A stretch of DNA of 42,107 nt from a virus. The notes below the pieces were generated by a model. That model did no database searches, was not told where the DNA came from, and saw nothing but the letters and a program-made list of their open reading frames with translations. A program made the translations under genes and the position numbers. The stretch is from IMG/VR virus record IMGVR_UViG_3300028063_000002, positions 1-42,107 of that record. One strand, 5' to 3'. Below are positions 39,827 through 42,107 of the stretch, in pieces (the first letter of the stretch is position 1; every line of letters starts with the position of its first letter).

Positions 39827-40761
39827 GCTGCCAACTTTGATTTAGCCGCGAGAACATCGGCCCAATCGGTTCCTACCTGATCCGGCAAGCGGACCTCGAC
39901 TTCGTATTTACCTTTGCATGCCAGCCTGTGTGCCAAGGCATAGGCGGCAGCAGCGCCACCGAACCCGGCGTCATTGTCGCCGAAAACGACGACCTTTGTA
40001 ACCCCGTCTGGTGGTTGCCACTTTGCGAGCATCGTTGCGTTGACCGCTGCCCATACCGGCAAGTCGAACAATGACGTTGCGGCAAGAGCAGTTTCGATGC
40101 CCTCAGCAATGCCAAGCGTCGCAGCCACGGGCGCCAGTCGGATTGCCGCGCCGTCTGGAATAGATCCCGGCATAGTGGCGCGCGGATCATCAATCGCGGC
40201 CTTGCCGTTTGGACCAAGAAAGGTGCGGTGCAAGGTTGCGGGCTTGCCATCGGCGTCCGATACCATGGCGACCATCGTGGGGTGCAAGCCGCCGCCGCAA
40301 TGGGTTGGGGCTTTGGATGCCGCGACATAGCGCAGAGCGCTACGGATTACGGGCAGCGGAAGGCTGCGCTTTTTGAAGTAAAATGCAATAGCATCGCCCT
40401 CTTGGCACTGGCTTCCCGCCGTCCAAAGCTGCCGCAACAATTCCTTGCGGCGCTCCTCGTTCATACCAGCCTTGACGTTCTCGGCTTGAACGTTGTCAAT
40501 GATCTTATCGATCTCGGCAGCAGCTTGCTTAAAGTCCCAGCCATGCTTTTTCTGAATAAGTTGCATGCCGGTTCCAGAACCGCAGCCCGAGCAAAAATAC
40601 GTTCCTTGCCCCTCCTTATCGTCATAGCGAAAGCGGTCTTTGCCATCGCAAAGGGGGCATGGCCCATGTTTACCCGACAAGAATGACTTATCAATTCCCA
40701 GCATTGTGAGAATTCCGCGCCACTTGCCTTTTGCTGCGTCGAGCGTCTTAATCCGCGCCAT
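39823..40761 (-). CDS. DNA primase: Zn-ribbon plus Toprim domain
   Basis: HGPCPLCDGKDRFRYDDKEGQGTYFCSGCG (P4-alpha-type primase zinc ribbon). VVVFGDNDAGFGGAAAAYALAHRL (Toprim acidic cluster). ATGA overlap with the helicase gene. Confidence 0.85.
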   Translation of the reverse strand: MARIKTLDAAKGKWRGILTMLGIDKSFLSGKHGPCPLCDGKDRFRYDDKEGQGTYFCSGCGSGTGMQLIQKKHGWDFKQAAAEIDKIIDNVQAENVKAGMNEERRKELLRQLWTAGSQCQEGDAIAFYFKKRSLPLPVIRSALRYVAASKAPTHCGGGLHPTMVAMVSDADGKPATLHRTFLGPNGKAAIDDPRATMPGSIPDGAAIRLAPVAATLGIAEGIETALAATSLFDLPVWAAVNATMLAKWQPPDGVTKVVVFGDNDAGFGGAAAAYALAHRLACKGKYEVEVRLPDQVGTDWADVLAAKSKLAA

Positions 40762-40958
40762 TATTCCGCGCCTAGCTGGCGAGTGACGATCTGAGCGAAT
40801 GTCTCAGGCGCCGATAATAGGCCACTTTCGTACATAGTAGTCAGCATCACTTTCGCATCTGAAGGTGAAGCGGCCATATCGACGCAGCGCAACAAAACAC
40901 CCCTCACGCTAGAGCGGAAGGGTTGCGCAAGACGGACTTCGGGTATATAATCTTCCAT
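40761..40958 (-). CDS. Hypothetical protein (65 aa); start uncertain
   Basis: ATG (MEDYIPEV...) with GAGGAG 10 nt upstream. The track ORF extends to a TTG at 41051. 1-nt overlap with the primase start. Confidence 0.5.
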   Translation of the reverse strand: MEDYIPEVRLAQPFRSSVRGVLLRCVDMAASPSDAKVMLTTMYESGLLSAPETFAQIVTRQLGAE

Positions 40959-41084
40959 GTCGGTTGGCTCCTCGGAGTTAGCCACGTAAGCAACCAGATC
41001 GAGCAACCGCCAAGAAGCTCTCTGATTGGCCGACACCTTACCAAGACACAAACGGATTGTCCATACCCTGGTAAGGGACGGTCG

Positions 41085-41516
41085 TTAAACTACGCTTTTA
41101 ACCGGCGCGCCCCATTCCAGGAACAGCGCCAACGCAAACTCAGGTGTACGTACACAGGCCACCCGAAACCCGCGATCGACCATGGCATTGCCCCAATCGA
41201 TCTGGGAATCGCTCATTGTGCCTTTACCGTCTTTCCACTCCAGAAAAGCAATCCCGTGGTTCCAGGCGTAGTGCTCGTCAAAGACTCCGGCTGTGATGCC
41301 TTCTTTCTTGACCTGCGCCTGTGCCTTGAAACCGCGCTTGCCTGCGTTCGGCACTCCCCAAGACACGATGCCCGGTCCTGCGTATCGAAGCAACCCGCGA
41401 AATGTGGATTGGTACTCAGCTTCTTTACCGGGCATCTTGTGCTTAGGCTCGACCGGGAAGCGCGGGACCGGCTTCAGGTCAGCTTCCCAATCATCGAACG
41501 GGGTCAGGGCCATCAC
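41085..41516 (-). CDS. VRR-NUC domain nuclease (PD-(D/E)XK, Holliday-junction-resolvase-like)
   Basis: EAEYQSTFRGLL...NAGKR...GITAGVFDEHY...IAFLEWKDGKGTMSDSQIDW...GFRVACV follows the VRR-NUC E...Q / G.PD / E.K / S..Q..W pattern. Confidence 0.7.
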   Translation of the reverse strand: MMALTPFDDWEADLKPVPRFPVEPKHKMPGKEAEYQSTFRGLLRYAGPGIVSWGVPNAGKRGFKAQAQVKKEGITAGVFDEHYAWNHGIAFLEWKDGKGTMSDSQIDWGNAMVDRGFRVACVRTPEFALALFLEWGAPVKSVV

Positions 41517-41713
41517 GTCCGATTAGCCCTATGCTCCCGCTGATCCCGCAACATCTTCATCGCGACCATCGGCTTTACCTTGTAGCACCTAGCGAGATAA
41601 TCGGCGTCGAGTGCAGCGAGCGCGGTATCCGAGCAACCTACCAGCAGCGTGTTAAGCTGCGTGGTAGCCTGCGCGACGGTCATTACCGGCTTTGCGTGGT
41701 GGCGGGGTTTCAT
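41513..41713 (-). CDS. Hypothetical protein (66 aa)
   Basis: ATG (MKPRHHAKPV...) forms an ATGA overlap with the stop of 41710..41859. The track ORF starts four codons earlier at a TTG. Confidence 0.65.
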   Translation of the reverse strand: MKPRHHAKPVMTVAQATTQLNTLLVGCSDTALAALDADYLARCYKVKPMVAMKMLRDQREHRANRT

Positions 41714-41859
41714 GTTGCTGGCCAATCAACGCTGTCGTCGGCGTAGTACTTTTCACCGGGACAATCGCATAGCTTGCAGACAACCATGACCTTGTATTCA
41801 TTATTGCCTATGTCCTCTTTCTCGACCCATTCATGATCGCATCGTGCCCAGTCTGCCAT
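41710..41859 (-). CDS. Small Cys/His (Zn-ribbon-like) protein (49 aa; not in the ORF track)
   Basis: Hand translation: MADWARCDHEWVEKEDIGNNEYKVMVVCKLCDCPGEKYYADDSVDWPAT. RBS GAGGGAG. 1 nt after the stop of the Cro-like gene. Confidence 0.55.
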   Translation of the reverse strand: MADWARCDHEWVEKEDIGNNEYKVMVVCKLCDCPGEKYYADDSVDWPAT

Positions 41860-41860
41860 A

Positions 41861-42067
41861 TCACTCACTCCCTCTAGTCAAAAAGTCCCTAGGCACCGGC
41901 ACCCCGCGCGATGCAGCTAACGCAGCAACCCGAGCGCGCCACGGCCAAGAGATGCCGCGCGTGGTCCAGTGGTAGACGCTCTTGGTTGTGCGGTTCAGGT
42001 CGCGGCCTACGGATGCGCAGCCGCCTAGTTTTTTGATTAGGTCAGCGTCGGTGTGGAGTGCTCTCAT
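41861..42067 (-). CDS. Cro/YdaS-like helix-turn-helix DNA-binding protein
   Basis: LIKKLGGCASVGRDLNRTTKSVYHWTTRGISWPWRARVAAL resembles the YdaS/Cro family (GG...A..L......V..W....IP). Spans the start of the terminal repeat. Confidence 0.65.
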   Translation of the reverse strand: MRALHTDADLIKKLGGCASVGRDLNRTTKSVYHWTTRGISWPWRARVAALAASRGVPVPRDFLTRGSE

Positions 42068-42107
42068 ACTGCACCCGTCGACGTTGCGGGCTGGGGCGGG
42101 AGGGGTG
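41981..42107. repeat. Terminal direct repeat, exact copy of 1..127
   Basis: See feature 1..127. Confidence 0.95.

Overview
The window is a complete tailed dsDNA phage genome, not a chromosomal segment. Bases 1-127 are repeated exactly at 41981-42107, so the unique sequence is about 41,980 bp and the ends join into a circle, or the genome is terminally redundant. The repeat breakpoint falls inside a gene.

GC content is high and coding is very dense, with many ATGA/GTGA start-stop overlaps. I see no tRNA, rRNA, CRISPR array, integrase or transposase.

Almost everything is on the minus strand, as one roughly 37-kb series of modules starting from a divergent control region at about 5965-6066:
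- early genes: an XRE-type HTH regulator, a GIY-YIG nuclease, small proteins, a two-HTH protein, a CcrM-like N6-adenine methyltransferase, a miniature C5-methyltransferase-like protein, and a YqaJ exonuclease with a partner protein
- across the circular junction, replication genes: a Cro/YdaS-like HTH, a VRR-NUC nuclease, a Zn-ribbon/Toprim primase and a D5/P4-type SF3 helicase, followed by an iteron-like repeat cluster
- small genes and a free-standing HNH endonuclease
- packaging and head: small and large terminase, portal, scaffold, major capsid and a cement-like protein
- a podovirus-like tail and ejection module with no tail tube, sheath or tape measure. It contains a collagen-like fibre, a SASA/SGNH esterase fibre, two beta-helix proteins, a lytic transglycosylase and a Gly-rich 843-aa internal protein
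- a lysis cassette: a GH19 endolysin flanked by four membrane proteins, plus a short cationic peptide

The only plus-strand block (6067-10779) is a 12-gene, translationally coupled accessory operon of unknown function. It includes a secreted outer-membrane beta-barrel protein and multi-module proteins stitched together by repeated linker sequences.

At least 13 likely genes are shorter than the 60-aa cut-off of the ORF track. I read these by hand. Their coordinates, and those of promoters, hairpins and repeats, may be off by 1-2 nt. All functional calls rest on motifs I recognise by eye, and no searches were run.
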